From the NCBI GenBank assembly GCA_003056085.1, contig LSNK01000003.1, forward strand, positions 2,744 to 66,743: 64,000 nucleotides of DNA, read 5' to 3'. A program made the translations under genes and the position numbers. Positions within the stretch are counted from its first letter, which is position 1. Each line of letters starts with the position of its first letter. The stretch comes from Parcubacteria group bacterium M6-OD1-1. Its GTDB lineage: Bacteria > Patescibacteriota > Minisyncoccia > GWC2-36-17 > M10-OD1-4. The notes beneath the pieces are model-generated. The model was not told the origin of the DNA, did no database searches, and saw only the letters and a program-made list of their open reading frames with translations. Of this stretch, positions 32,066 through 41,914 are shown piece by piece.

Positions 32066-32182
32066 TTACTGCCAATAACGCGACCAAAGCATTAGCGAAG
32101 ATAATAGTATGACAGTGAATAACAATAAAAGAAATGTTCTTAATTTATCTTTCTTATAAAATCTCATTAAAATATTTTTCAC
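32066..32182 (-). CDS. Possible 38-aa single-TM peptide or frameshifted remnant
   Basis: GGAGGTG RBS before GTG; VKNILMRFYKKDKLRTFLLLLFTVILLSSLMLWSRYWQ. Confidence 0.35.
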   Translation of the reverse strand: MKNILMRFYKKDKLRTFLLLLFTVILLSSLMLWSRYWQ

Positions 32183-32399
32183 ATTACACCTCCATTTAAT
32201 TTTTTTTAAATTAAAATTTATGACCTTGAAATAACGCTACTTCAATGCCGATATAAATTACTAATCCAAGAACTACACAGAGCAAAATTCCATTTGAGCG
32301 AAGTCTAGCAAATTAAGACATAAAAGTCAATAGCTGTCTATTTTTTCGAAAATTAAGCGAACTCGCAAAACCAAAATTTACCTTTGCGTTTTTTCCATT

Positions 32400-32669
32400 T
32401 TTTCGCCCCCCCCAATTTTTTGAATAAAAAGGGAAAGGCAAATTTTGTTTTTTGCGGACGCCGTAGCGTAGCGGAGGCGAGTGGCGCAGATGAGTTAGTT
32501 GTTCGCGCCCCAGAGGGCGCGAGAGAAAGTACGCGGAGCGTTCCGCTTTCTTTGTCCGCATTACCACATTATCGGAGCGTAAGATAAAGTTTAGAGTTTC
32601 CACGTGCTCCGCGCGTAAGTTAGTGTTTGTTTTGAAAATAGGTTCGGATTTGGTAAAATAAAAGCACCA
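32400..32669 (-). mobile_element. tRNA-adjacent GC-rich element / att-like remnant, copy B
   Basis: Homologous to 22891-23107; directly downstream of tRNA-Val(GAC). Confidence 0.55.
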
Positions 32670-32708
32670 GAATAGAACTTGTCCGCCTTTGGCGGGCTTT
32701 TTCTATTC

Positions 32709-32785
32709 TGGTGGGCGATACAGGATTCGAACCTATGACCTCTTCGACGTCAACGAAGCGCTCTATCCAACTGAGCTAATCGCCC
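32709..32785 (-). tRNA. tRNA-Val(GAC)
   Basis: CTTCG-TTGACGT-CGAAG, CCA. Confidence 0.95.
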
Positions 32786-32788
32786 TTT

Positions 32789-34078
32789 TTATGGATGCAG
32801 CCTCTTTACATCGCGTGGAAAGAGCACCGCTTCTTTTACACTTCCTAAATTAAGAAGCTTATAAACTATTCTTTCAGAGCCCATACCCCATCCTCCGTGT
32901 GGAGGCATTGCGTATTTAAAAGCATGCAGATAATGTTCAAAGTCTGCCGGATTTACTTTAAAATCCTTCATGCTTTTTATGAGATTATCATAATTATGAA
33001 TACGTTGAGATCCTGTTGAAATTTCAATTCCTTTATACAAAAGGTCAAAACTTTTAGTTTCTTCCGGATTCTCATCATCAAGCATTGTATAGAAAGGACG
33101 CTTACGCTTTGGATAATGAGTTAAAAATATAAAATCTGAATTAAATTTTTCTTTTGCATATTGCCCTGCATAAACTTCACCTTGAGGATCAATGTCAGTA
33201 TCTTTTGACATTTCATATCCGTATTTTTCCTTTATTATCTTTTTCATTTCTTGGAGTTTTATAGCAGGAATTTTTTCCGGAATTTTAGGAAGCTCTGCTT
33301 TGTAGAGCTCTAAGTCTTTTTGGTTTTTTTCTTCTATTTTTTTAAAAATATGTTTTATAACCTTAGTAAGCATTTCCATAATATCCTCATAACCTTTTAT
33401 AAAACCAAATTCCGCATCTAAGCTTATATATTCATTTACATGCCTTGATGTAAAATGTCTTTCTGCACGAAATGCCGGACCTATCTCAAAAACTCTCTCA
33501 AAAGCACCAACACAAATTTGTTTATAAAGCTGTGGACTCTGCGTTAAATAAGCTTTTTTATCAAAATATTCTAAAGTAAAAAAGTTCGCTCCTCCTTCTG
33601 ATGCCGCTCCTGAAGTTTTCGGAGTTTTTATCTCTTTAAAATCCATATCTCTCATAACCTCGTTGTATGCGTTCAAAACCGTGTCATATACATTAAAAAT
33701 AGATCTTATAGTTTCATGTCTTATCGTTAAAGGTCTATGATCCAATAAAGTACTCAGCTCAACTTTTAAAGTTTTCTTGCTTATGTCAAAAGGCAACTCT
33801 TCTTTTGGAGACTCTATAATCTCTATACTTTCACCCATAACTTCAACCCCCATAGCAGCTCTTTCTTCTTTTTTAACGACTCCTGAAGCCTTTATAATAG
33901 AGCCAACTTTAGCGTCTATTTTTATGCCTTCAAAAACAAATTGAACCAGCCCGGACCTGTCTTGAATATTAACAAAAGCAAGCTCATTTGAAAGCTCCCT
34001 TAAACTATAAAGACGACCCCAAAGTTCCACCTTTTTGCCTATATGATTTTTAAGTTCTTTTGATAATACTCTTGGCAT
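32789..34078 (-). CDS. aspS: Aspartate--tRNA(Asp/Asn) ligase, short archaeal/non-discriminating type
   Basis: SEGGA, LTQSPQLYKQ, FRAE, PPHGGWGMGSER, FPRD; 429 aa without the bacterial GAD insertion. Confidence 0.92.
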   Translation of the reverse strand: MPRVLSKELKNHIGKKVELWGRLYSLRELSNELAFVNIQDRSGLVQFVFEGIKIDAKVGSIIKASGVVKKEERAAMGVEVMGESIEIIESPKEELPFDISKKTLKVELSTLLDHRPLTIRHETIRSIFNVYDTVLNAYNEVMRDMDFKEIKTPKTSGAASEGGANFFTLEYFDKKAYLTQSPQLYKQICVGAFERVFEIGPAFRAERHFTSRHVNEYISLDAEFGFIKGYEDIMEMLTKVIKHIFKKIEEKNQKDLELYKAELPKIPEKIPAIKLQEMKKIIKEKYGYEMSKDTDIDPQGEVYAGQYAKEKFNSDFIFLTHYPKRKRPFYTMLDDENPEETKSFDLLYKGIEISTGSQRIHNYDNLIKSMKDFKVNPADFEHYLHAFKYAMPPHGGWGMGSERIVYKLLNLGSVKEAVLFPRDVKRLHP

Positions 34079-34146
34079 AAAAACTAATTTAAAATGAGAA
34101 ATAAATAAACTATTACTTTAATAAAAAAGCTAAATCTGTCTAATTT

Positions 34147-34189
34147 TGGTGCGCCCAAAAGGACTCGAACCTGGGACCGCCGAGATATA
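34147..34189 (-). pseudogene. 3' half of tRNA-Ile(TAT)-like gene with foreign acceptor strand and CCA
   Basis: Minus strand TATATCTCGGCGGTCCCAGGTTCGAGTCCTTTTGGGCGCACCA. Confidence 0.75.
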
Positions 34190-34231
34190 TCAGTGATATA
34201 ATTCTTCATTTGCACAAAATGCAAATGCCCG

Positions 34232-34304
34232 TCCACCCTCCTGGACTTGAACCAGGGACCGCCGAGATATAAGCTCGGTGCTCTACCGACTGAGCTAAGG
34301 GTGG
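34232..34304 (-). tRNA. tRNA-Ile(TAT)
   Basis: CCACCCT/AGGGTGG acceptor, A73, CCGAG-CTTATAT-CTCGG anticodon arm, TTCAAGT T-loop; CCA not encoded. Confidence 0.9.
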
Positions 34305-34337
34305 ACGCACATTTTCATTTTGCTGCTCATTTAAAAT

Positions 34338-34430
34338 TATAAGCTCGGTGTTCCCTGTTTGTCCAAGAGCTAAAGCGATTGGCTAATAAACAGCAATGCT
34401 TTAGCCTCTAACCAACTGAGCTAAGAGTGG
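34338..34430 (-). pseudogene. 5' half of tRNA-Ile(TAT) interrupted by a ~55-nt hairpin insertion
   Basis: Minus strand CCACTCTTAGCTCAGTTGGTTAGAG-[insert]-CACCGAGCTTATA. Confidence 0.75.
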
Positions 34431-34508
34431 ACACAAAACTCCACATAATGCTTTATAAATTATTTTATTTTCAATACAAACAAATAAATATGCTAAATAT
34501 ATGAGTTT

Positions 34509-36389
34509 TTACTCAAATTCTTTCATAAGCTCCTCAAACTCCTCCTTCTCTATAGTTTCTTTTTCAATAAGCACCTTTGCTATTTTATCTAATTTATTTT
34601 TGTTTTTACTCAAAACATCCTTGGTTCTTTGGTGAGCCTCAGATAAAACTTTTTTAAGCTCCTCATCAATTTCCGCTGCAACAGCTTCGGAATAATTTCT
34701 GCTTTCATGAATTTCTTTACCTAAGAAAATCATCTCTTCCTTATGCCCAAACATAATAGGACCAAATTTATCTGACATACCAAATTGAGTAATAAATTTT
34801 CTTGCAAGCTCTGTCGCTCTTTGAATATCATTTGACGCTCCTGTTGTCAATTCGCCAAAAACCAATTCTTCTGCAGAATATCCTCCAAGCATAACCGCTA
34901 AATCAGCCAAAAACTCGGTCTTAGTCTTAAGACTTCTTTCTTCTGTTGGAAGTCTTAGCGTGTAACCTCCGGCTCTACCTCTTGAGATGATGGATATTTT
35001 ATGAACAAGCTCTTTGTGCGCGAGCTCATAAGTTACAAGCGCATGCCCAGCCTCATGATATGCTGTGATTTTCTTTTCTTTTTCGGACAAAATATGACTT
35101 TTTCTTTCCGGGCCAAGCATAACTTTTTCAATTGATTCTAAAAGATCCTCTTGGGTTATAATCTTTCTGTTATGCCTTGCCGCAAATATTGCAGCCTCAT
35201 TCATAATATTTGCAAGGTCAGCTCCGGAAAACCCGGGAGTTCTTTCCGCCATCCTTTTTAAATTAGTATTTTCTGCAAGAGGCTTTCCTTTTGCGTGAAT
35301 TTTTAATATCTCTTCCCTGTCTTTTAAGTCCGGCTCATCCAAAACAACTCTTCTGTCAAATCTACCCGGACGCAAAAGCGCAGGGTCAAGAACATCCGGT
35401 CTGTTTGTTGCTGAAAGAACTATTAGTTTTGAATCTCTTTCAAAACCATCCATTTCAACCAAAATTTGATTTAAAGTTTGCTCTCTTTCGTCATTTCCTC
35501 CTCCAACTCCAGCACCTCTTTGTCTTCCTATAGCATCTAACTCATCAATAAATAAAATGGCTGGCGCATCTTTCTTTGCCGTTGTAAATGTATCTCTTAC
35601 TCTTCCTGCGCCAACACCAACAAACATTTCTACAAATTCGGATCCCGCCATATGAAAGAAAGGAACACCGGCTTCTCCTGCAACCGCTCTTGCAAGCAAT
35701 GTTTTACCGGTGCCGGGAGGCCCCATAAGTAAAACTCCTCTTGGTATTCTTGCCCCCATATCTAAAAACTTTTTCGGATTTTTCAAAAAATCAACAATCT
35801 CATAAAGCTCCTCCTTTGCTTCTTTAAGTCCAGCCACATCTTTAAAAGTGGTTTTACTGTTAGTGGACATCTTTGCCTTTGATTTTGTAAAAGAAAATGC
35901 CTGCATAGAACCACGCTGAGCTTGCCTCATCATAAACCAGAGAAATAATCCTATTATTAAAAGCGGCAGTAAAAACGGCAAGGTAACAGAAAGCCAAAAT
36001 GCAACACCTGAAGGCTCTTTTACTTGAATATTTATGCTTCTTAATTTTTCAGCTCCAACTCCATAGTTGGTTAAAGACTCTGTAAGTGACGCCTCTTTTT
36101 CTTTTCTTGTCTTTTGTTTTTTGTTTTCCTCTTTTAAAACTATATTTAGATTATCACCTTCAACAAAAATTTCAGAAACTTTATCTTCATTTATCTCAAC
36201 AGCAAGCTGGGATAATGTTATTTCTTCAGGCTTTTCTGTATTTGCGGTAAAAAGAGAGAAAACAGCTGAAACAGCAAGAAAAACAACAAAAGCAATTAAG
36301 ATATTATTGCTAAAACTATTTTTTTTGCCTGATTTCTTCTTTTTTGATGAATTAGGTTTTTTATTTAATCTTTTGATTTTAATTTTCAT
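34509..36389 (-). CDS. ftsH: ATP-dependent zinc metalloprotease FtsH
   Basis: Two TMs, [22 protein letters not shown]. Confidence 0.98.
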   Translation of the reverse strand: MKIKIKRLNKKPNSSKKKKSGKKNSFSNNILIAFVVFLAVSAVFSLFTANTEKPEEITLSQLAVEINEDKVSEIFVEGDNLNIVLKEENKKQKTRKEKEASLTESLTNYGVGAEKLRSINIQVKEPSGVAFWLSVTLPFLLPLLIIGLFLWFMMRQAQRGSMQAFSFTKSKAKMSTNSKTTFKDVAGLKEAKEELYEIVDFLKNPKKFLDMGARIPRGVLLMGPPGTGKTLLARAVAGEAGVPFFHMAGSEFVEMFVGVGAGRVRDTFTTAKKDAPAILFIDELDAIGRQRGAGVGGGNDEREQTLNQILVEMDGFERDSKLIVLSATNRPDVLDPALLRPGRFDRRVVLDEPDLKDREEILKIHAKGKPLAENTNLKRMAERTPGFSGADLANIMNEAAIFAARHNRKIITQEDLLESIEKVMLGPERKSHILSEKEKKITAYHEAGHALVTYELAHKELVHKISIISRGRAGGYTLRLPTEERSLKTKTEFLADLAVMLGGYSAEELVFGELTTGASNDIQRATELARKFITQFGMSDKFGPIMFGHKEEMIFLGKEIHESRNYSEAVAAEIDEELKKVLSEAHQRTKDVLSKNKNKLDKIAKVLIEKETIEKEEFEELMKEFE

Positions 36390-36539
36390 AATAGAACTAT
36401 TTTATAACTATTTGATAAAAATTACAAATAATAAAATTCAAACACCACCTTTAATATTAAAATTCAAATATTAAAAAATTGAGTTTGAAATTTTAATATT
36501 TGAATTTATTCCGGTATTTGGATTTTGAGATTTAGATTT

Positions 36540-37772
36540 TTATTTAGCTTCTTTTTTTTCTTTCTTGTCGCTTTCTTTTTCTGTTTCTTTTTGAGAACTT
36601 AAACTAATTTCTTCAGTTTGTTTTTCTTTTTTAACAACTGAATTGACTTCTTTTATATCTTTCTTGGTTTTTTTACCAAAGCTTAAAGCCATCCTGTGCT
36701 CTTCTTTTTTAATAGATTGAATAGTAAAGTCATATTTTTTATTTTCTTCCAAAGCTTCTTTCATTTTAACCTCATTTCCAAATTCAGAAATATGACAAAG
36801 CCCGTGAATGTTTTCATCTAACTTAATAAATGCGCCAAAAGGATTTATTTTTGTAACAACACCTGAAACAACATCTCCAACTTTGTAATCTTTCTCCACG
36901 TCAATCCATGGATCCTTTTTAAGAGCTTTTATGGAAAGGGATATTTTACCTCCGCTGACTGAAATTATTTTTGCTTTTACTTCATCTCCGATTGTTACAA
37001 CATCAGAAGGATTATCAATTAATTGCCAATCAAGCTCTGAAATATGAACCAAACCTTCAATTTCTTTTATTCCAACCTCTTTTATATCCGGTTTAAATTT
37101 AACAAACGCTCCAAAATCAACTATTCCTGATATTTCCCCTTCTACTATATCACCAACTTTGAAATGCTCAAGAATTTTTTCCATATCATCATTTTGTGCT
37201 GATTTTTCAGAAATTATCAATTTATTTTCTCTTTTATCAAGATCGATAACTTTCACCTTAAATACCTCTCCTATAAATTTTGAAAGTTCTTGATATATTT
37301 TAGACTTATCTCCGCCCTCAACTCTGGGATAATGATTTGCTAAAAGTTGAGAAACCGGCATAAAAGCTGAAACACCGCCTATATTTGCAACGAGTCCGCC
37401 TTTGTTTGCATCTGTTATTTTAATATTGAAAATTTCTGCTGTCTTTTTCTTTTCTAAAAGCTCATCCCATGCCAAATCCTGTCCGGCCTCTTTCAATGAA
37501 AGCTCAACATAACCATTTTCATTTTCCAAATCAACAACTTTACCGGAAACCGAATCTCCCGGCTGCATAGGTTTTATTAAATCTTGCGCCTCATAGAATT
37601 CTCTCCCAAAAACTATTCCTGTTCCAAAAGAACCAAGATCAACATACAATTTTGACCCTTCTTTTTCTATAACAGCACCCTCAACGACATCTCCAACTTT
37701 GGAAATTTTGGAAAATCCTGACTTTAAAGCCTCGTCCATCAACAACTTAACTTGAGTATTATTTTTTTGCAT
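36540..37772 (-). CDS. rpsA: 30S ribosomal protein S1
   Basis: Repeated S1 domains (FGAFV, GLVHISEL, SLSIKAL). Confidence 0.92.
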   Translation of the reverse strand: MQKNNTQVKLLMDEALKSGFSKISKVGDVVEGAVIEKEGSKLYVDLGSFGTGIVFGREFYEAQDLIKPMQPGDSVSGKVVDLENENGYVELSLKEAGQDLAWDELLEKKKTAEIFNIKITDANKGGLVANIGGVSAFMPVSQLLANHYPRVEGGDKSKIYQELSKFIGEVFKVKVIDLDKRENKLIISEKSAQNDDMEKILEHFKVGDIVEGEISGIVDFGAFVKFKPDIKEVGIKEIEGLVHISELDWQLIDNPSDVVTIGDEVKAKIISVSGGKISLSIKALKKDPWIDVEKDYKVGDVVSGVVTKINPFGAFIKLDENIHGLCHISEFGNEVKMKEALEENKKYDFTIQSIKKEEHRMALSFGKKTKKDIKEVNSVVKKEKQTEEISLSSQKETEKESDKKEKKEAK

Positions 37773-37888
37773 TACTTTAATTATTTCCCTGATTTATTAA
37801 TATTTAATAAAAAAGTAAAGTATTTAAATCAGTAAAAATACTTTATTTATAAAGGGTACGATAACTTATTTTTAATGCATTGGCAATA

Positions 37889-37917
37889 TTGACTTTTTTA
37901 TTAAAGTAGTGTATAAT
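37889..37917 (+). promoter_or_regulatory. Sigma70 promoter
   Basis: TTGACT-17bp-TATAAT. Confidence 0.7.
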
Positions 37918-37972
37918 TACATTAATTAAAATGCACATTGAAAATCTAATATTATACATGAGGTATAAAACA

Positions 37973-38890
37973 ATGAATATCATTGAAAGTTTAATCTCTA
38001 ACTTTACGTTAGAAGGAATAATCACATTTCTGGTATTTTTATTGATTATCACCACCTTAGCATACCCAGTGATAAGATATTGCGTAAGCCATATCAACGA
38101 CAATGAAATGGCTTTAGCAAATTGGTTATTTGGATTTTACGGAAATGTAAAAGTTGGCCCCAGAGCTGTTCTTAGACTTCCCGGGTCAGAGTTTACTATA
38201 CACAGCACCGAGCCAAGAAAAGATAAGGCGGTGATTGAAAAAGTCTTTAAATCAGAGCCTGATCCAGGAGAATCCGGCTTTACAATTGAAGCTACGCTTT
38301 CATTTATTCTTTCTTTAAGTAAAGATGCTGATTGTGAAGGCTTTAAAGAATTCCATAGAATTCAAGAATCTTTGGAAAATGGAGCTTTTGTCTACATTGA
38401 GGCATGGATAGACAATCAAATAAGAAATTACAGGGGAAATGGAGAAATTGAAAATCCAAAAAATATAAAAAATGTTCAAGATCAGGTTGAAGAATCAGCA
38501 AGAACTGAACTTCAAAGACACATTGATGATTTGTCCAAGAAATCAGTTGTTATATTTGACTTCGGACTAAAACTTGACCTGGAGCAAGACGTAAGAGATG
38601 CAATGAAGCGCTCCGGCATTCAAGAATTAGACAATAAAGCATATGCGGCTAAATTCAAAGAGATTAAAAAAATAACGGCAGAATTGGTTGGAGATGACAT
38701 TAAACTTCCAAACCAACTTGCTGTTCTTATAGCTCTTAAAATTGCAAAAGAGCCCGGAGTGGACCTTTCAAAACAAATCCTTGATATTCAAGGCTTGGAA
38801 AACTTTAGGGGACTTATTGACACTCATGCAATTGAAAAAATAGCTCAAATGGCAACTAATTTCAGCAAGAACAAAAGAGGTGACAAATAA
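37973..38890 (+). CDS. Hypothetical membrane protein, SPFH/Band-7-like architecture
   Basis: N-terminal TM, FGFYGNVKVGP, beta/alpha core, helical C-terminus; weak resemblance only; start ATG 37973 with AGG RBS. Confidence 0.55.
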   Translation: MNIIESLISNFTLEGIITFLVFLLIITTLAYPVIRYCVSHINDNEMALANWLFGFYGNVKVGPRAVLRLPGSEFTIHSTEPRKDKAVIEKVFKSEPDPGESGFTIEATLSFILSLSKDADCEGFKEFHRIQESLENGAFVYIEAWIDNQIRNYRGNGEIENPKNIKNVQDQVEESARTELQRHIDDLSKKSVVIFDFGLKLDLEQDVRDAMKRSGIQELDNKAYAAKFKEIKKITAELVGDDIKLPNQLAVLIALKIAKEPGVDLSKQILDIQGLENFRGLIDTHAIEKIAQMATNFSKNKRGDK

Positions 38891-39516
38891 TGAATGCCAC
38901 TCAACTTCAAATACTAAAATTATTCAGAACCATAATAATTTTTAGCATTATTGCTGTAGTTATCCTTTTCTCGTTTTCTAAAATCTCAACTGAAAAAGAA
39001 GATAAGGAATCTCAAATAAAGCCCCGCACGGCAACCAGCAACATCACATGGAATTGCGCCGATAAGGACGGCAAAATTATTGCTATGATGGCATACGGAC
39101 AAAGCATAAAGATTACTCATAAAAAATTTCCGGCAAGGAAAAAAAATGAGTGCTCTTACGCTTATCCGGACAACTTCCGGGTAAACAATACGCCTTATTC
39201 TTCAAAGGTGTACGGCTTTCCCAAAAACAAGCTGCCAAAAAGCACAAGGGAATACATGAACAGCATTCCTTTCCCACAGTTCAAACCATGGACTATTGTG
39301 CTTGTTTTAACCAATAATCCAGACAATCCTCAAAACAACTACATAAAGGCTGCAGCATTTCAGTACGAAGGGCAATCCTTCTCTTTTGAAAATAAAACTT
39401 CAAAAGACAAACCTTTATATGTGGTTGCAATGTTTAACTATCCAGACACTATGTTCAATGAACAGATAGGCTACGGTGGATACACTATAACCTTAGGAGT
39501 TAAGCAATCAACTTAA
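38890..39516 (+). CDS. Hypothetical membrane-anchored/exported protein
   Basis: N-terminal TM; TAATG overlap with upstream gene. Confidence 0.7.
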   Translation: MNATQLQILKLFRTIIIFSIIAVVILFSFSKISTEKEDKESQIKPRTATSNITWNCADKDGKIIAMMAYGQSIKITHKKFPARKKNECSYAYPDNFRVNNTPYSSKVYGFPKNKLPKSTREYMNSIPFPQFKPWTIVLVLTNNPDNPQNNYIKAAAFQYEGQSFSFENKTSKDKPLYVVAMFNYPDTMFNEQIGYGGYTITLGVKQST

Positions 39517-39521
39517 GCTAA

Positions 39522-39552
39522 AACCCCTCTGACCAAAATGGTCAGAGGGGTT
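39522..39552. terminator. Bidirectional terminator
   Basis: AACCCCTCTGACCA-AAA-TGGTCAGAGGGGTT between convergent genes. Confidence 0.8.
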
Positions 39553-39589
39553 CTTTTTTTTGTAAAATATTTTCAGTTATACCAACTTA

Positions 39590-39976
39590 TTAATACGTCC
39601 ACACACCGGCGATTGATTCTGAAATTGAAACGATAGAAAAAGACAAAATAGCTACAACGACCCCAACTACAACATAAATAAGCACATCTTTTGCTTTTTT
39701 TAATTTAGCCTCGTCTCCGCTGGCTGTTATAAATAAGATTCCTGAATAAAGACCAAAAACCACAGCAAGTAAAGCGACAAACCACGCAAACCAGTTAACT
39801 AATGATACAAATATATCTGCAATACCATAGCTGCCGGTATCAAAATTACCTTGTCTTCCTATTTGATCGCCTGTATATATCTCACCAATCCCTCCTTGCG
39901 GATAATCTTGAGCAAAAGAAACCGTCGGAAACAAAATAAAAACTAACAAAAAAACAGTTGCAATAATTTTTTTCAT
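39590..39976 (-). CDS. TrbC/VirB2-like pilin
   Basis: Signal peptide; WFVALLAVVFGLYSGILFITASGDEAKLKKAK..YVVVG. Confidence 0.85.
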   Translation of the reverse strand: MKKIIATVFLLVFILFPTVSFAQDYPQGGIGEIYTGDQIGRQGNFDTGSYGIADIFVSLVNWFAWFVALLAVVFGLYSGILFITASGDEAKLKKAKDVLIYVVVGVVVAILSFSIVSISESIAGVWTY

Positions 39977-40080
39977 TTTTATAAAAATAAGTAATTATTC
40001 TTATATTATATCAATTCAAATTTAAAAAAACAACCCTGTCAAAAAGACAGAGTTGTTTTTGAATGATTTTCTATTCAGTT

Positions 40081-40485
40081 TTACACTCCGGCAATTGATC
40101 TTGAGATTGAAACAATTGAGAATGCTAAAATAGCAACTACGATACCAACGATTGCATAAAGCAAAATGTTTTTTGCTTTTGTAACTTTTTCGTCGTCTCC
40201 CCCAGCTGTAATAAATAAAACTCCTGAATAAAGACCGAAAAGCACAGCAACTAAAGCAACAAACCATGCTACCCAGTTAATTAATCCTAATATCAAGTTT
40301 ACTAATTCTCCTGTTCCCGTTACAGCTCCTGTACTTCCGATATTAACACCTCCTGTAGGCGCTGTTCCAATACCTCCTGAAGGCGCTTGAGCTCCAACCA
40401 TCATAGGTACTGCCACGAAAGCAACTGCAACCATTGCCACCACAACAAATGCAATGGCTGACGGTAATGTTAAAGATAATTTCAT
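40081..40485 (-). CDS. TrbC/VirB2-like pilin (possible major subunit)
   Basis: GVLFITAGGDDEKVTKAKNILLYAIVG; own terminator at ~40026-40060. Confidence 0.85.
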   Translation of the reverse strand: MKLSLTLPSAIAFVVVAMVAVAFVAVPMMVGAQAPSGGIGTAPTGGVNIGSTGAVTGTGELVNLILGLINWVAWFVALVAVLFGLYSGVLFITAGGDDEKVTKAKNILLYAIVGIVVAILAFSIVSISRSIAGV

Positions 40486-40701
40486 ATTTTTATTTTTATT
40501 TTAAAAAATTGTTAGATTCGACCTTTTTTGTTTTTAAAACTTATACACTAATTATACAATAAATTCTCTATTTGTGTCTACTAAACTGTTGATAACAAAA
40601 CAAGAATAAGAAATCAGAAATTAAGCATTTACTGTTTACTGTTTAACTTTATGTTTTATTCTTAATTCTTTTTTATATTTTATATTCTTCTCTTTCTACC
40701 T

Positions 40702-41442
40702 TTATCTTATAAATATTTCAACTATAGACAGTATACTAAATGCCAAAATAGCTACTGCTGTTCCAATTATAGCAAAGATAAATGTTTTAAAAGCTTTGGA
40801 AAGCTGCTCTGAATTTCCTGATGAGGTCATATATAAAAATCCGGAATAAAGACCCGCTGTGACAGAGATAATAGCAACAAACCACGCCATCCAATTAACC
40901 AATCCAACAAGAGCATTTACTATAACATTGCTTCCATTTGTTCCGACACAATTTGGCGTTGCAACTCCTGCAGAAGACCCAAATATATTGGAAATTAAGG
41001 CTACAATTCCCGGAGAAAGCAAAACAACAACAATACCTAAAATTGTGAAAACAAGGACTTTATTTGCTAATTTAATTTTTTCCGGATTACCACCTGATGT
41101 TAAAAACAAAAATCCCACTATTAATGTCATTAAAACCGCAATTGGCGGTATTATGTCCTGAGAAAAAAATATTGTTGCAGAACAAATAAAATCTGAAAAT
41201 GTTTCTGTGGCAGTTGGCGGCACAAAAGTATTAGATACAGAAAAATTTGCATTTTGGCACACACCTTGACCAAGATTATTTGGATTTTCAACACAATCAC
41301 TACCTGTTGCACATTCTGTAGGATTTCCTAAAGTACAAACCTGAGCTGAAACAAATCCCGAAAAACTAAAAAACACTGTAAAAAATAAAAATAATGTTAA
41401 TATTGATTTTTTTATTATTGTTCGCATCTTACTTCTGTCCAA
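40702..41442 (-). CDS. Tandem two-domain VirB2-like pilin with Cys-rich N-terminus
   Basis: Two copies of GFL(F/Y)xTSxGNxE..A. Confidence 0.8.
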   Translation of the reverse strand: MDRSKMRTIIKKSILTLFLFFTVFFSFSGFVSAQVCTLGNPTECATGSDCVENPNNLGQGVCQNANFSVSNTFVPPTATETFSDFICSATIFFSQDIIPPIAVLMTLIVGFLFLTSGGNPEKIKLANKVLVFTILGIVVVLLSPGIVALISNIFGSSAGVATPNCVGTNGSNVIVNALVGLVNWMAWFVAIISVTAGLYSGFLYMTSSGNSEQLSKAFKTFIFAIIGTAVAILAFSILSIVEIFIR

Positions 41443-41828
41443 GGATTATAAAATATTTTTGCTGTTCCTGTTGCTTGACCTGAAAAAAACAACAAGAATT
41501 CATTTATAATAATCCATGCTCCAAACACTATTAAAAGTCCTATTATTGCAGTTTTTATAGCTTTGTATCCCGCTTGTTTTTTTGCCGGCTCACCTCCGGC
41601 AATTAAAATATTAAAACCTCCCCATGCAATAATAAATACAGCAAGAGAAGGAGCCACTCCCCACATCAAAAAATTTACAATATTTTGCGTTAAATCATAA
41701 AGATCACATAAATTGCAGGGATTTCCAAGTTCACCACAAGGAACAATCGCAGCTGAAGCAGCTACGGGTAAAACTAAAACCGCTACTGAAAAAATAATTA
41801 TTAATTTATAGATTTGATTTTTAAACAT
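41415..41828 (-). CDS. VirB2-like pilin
   Basis: IVPCG..CNLCD; GGFNILIAGGEPAKKQAG..AIIGLLIVFGAW. Confidence 0.8.
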   Translation of the reverse strand: MFKNQIYKLIIIFSVAVLVLPVAASAAIVPCGELGNPCNLCDLYDLTQNIVNFLMWGVAPSLAVFIIAWGGFNILIAGGEPAKKQAGYKAIKTAIIGLLIVFGAWIIINEFLLFFSGQATGTAKIFYNPWTEVRCEQ

Positions 41829-41914
41829 ACTCTGTAAATTCTAAAATTTGATTTGATTTTTATTTATTCTTTAACAAAAAGATTATACTAAAATCTATAT
41901 TCTAAACTCAAGCC

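Larger units (their letters stand above)
31434..32660. repeat. 38-bp perfect inverted repeat pair (31434-31471 / 32623-32660)
   Basis: TATTTTACCAAATCCGAACCTATTTTCAAAACAAACAC and its exact reverse complement. Confidence 0.9.

Noticed and set aside
32313-32603. ORFs 32313-32603 and 32384-32587
   Set aside because: They lie in the GC-rich tRNA-adjacent element; no protein motifs, and the other copy does not keep the frame
34147-34430. Group I intron in tRNA-Ile
   Set aside because: Insert is ~150 nt, mostly a complete tRNA, with no recognisable catalytic core; outer acceptor strands do not pair
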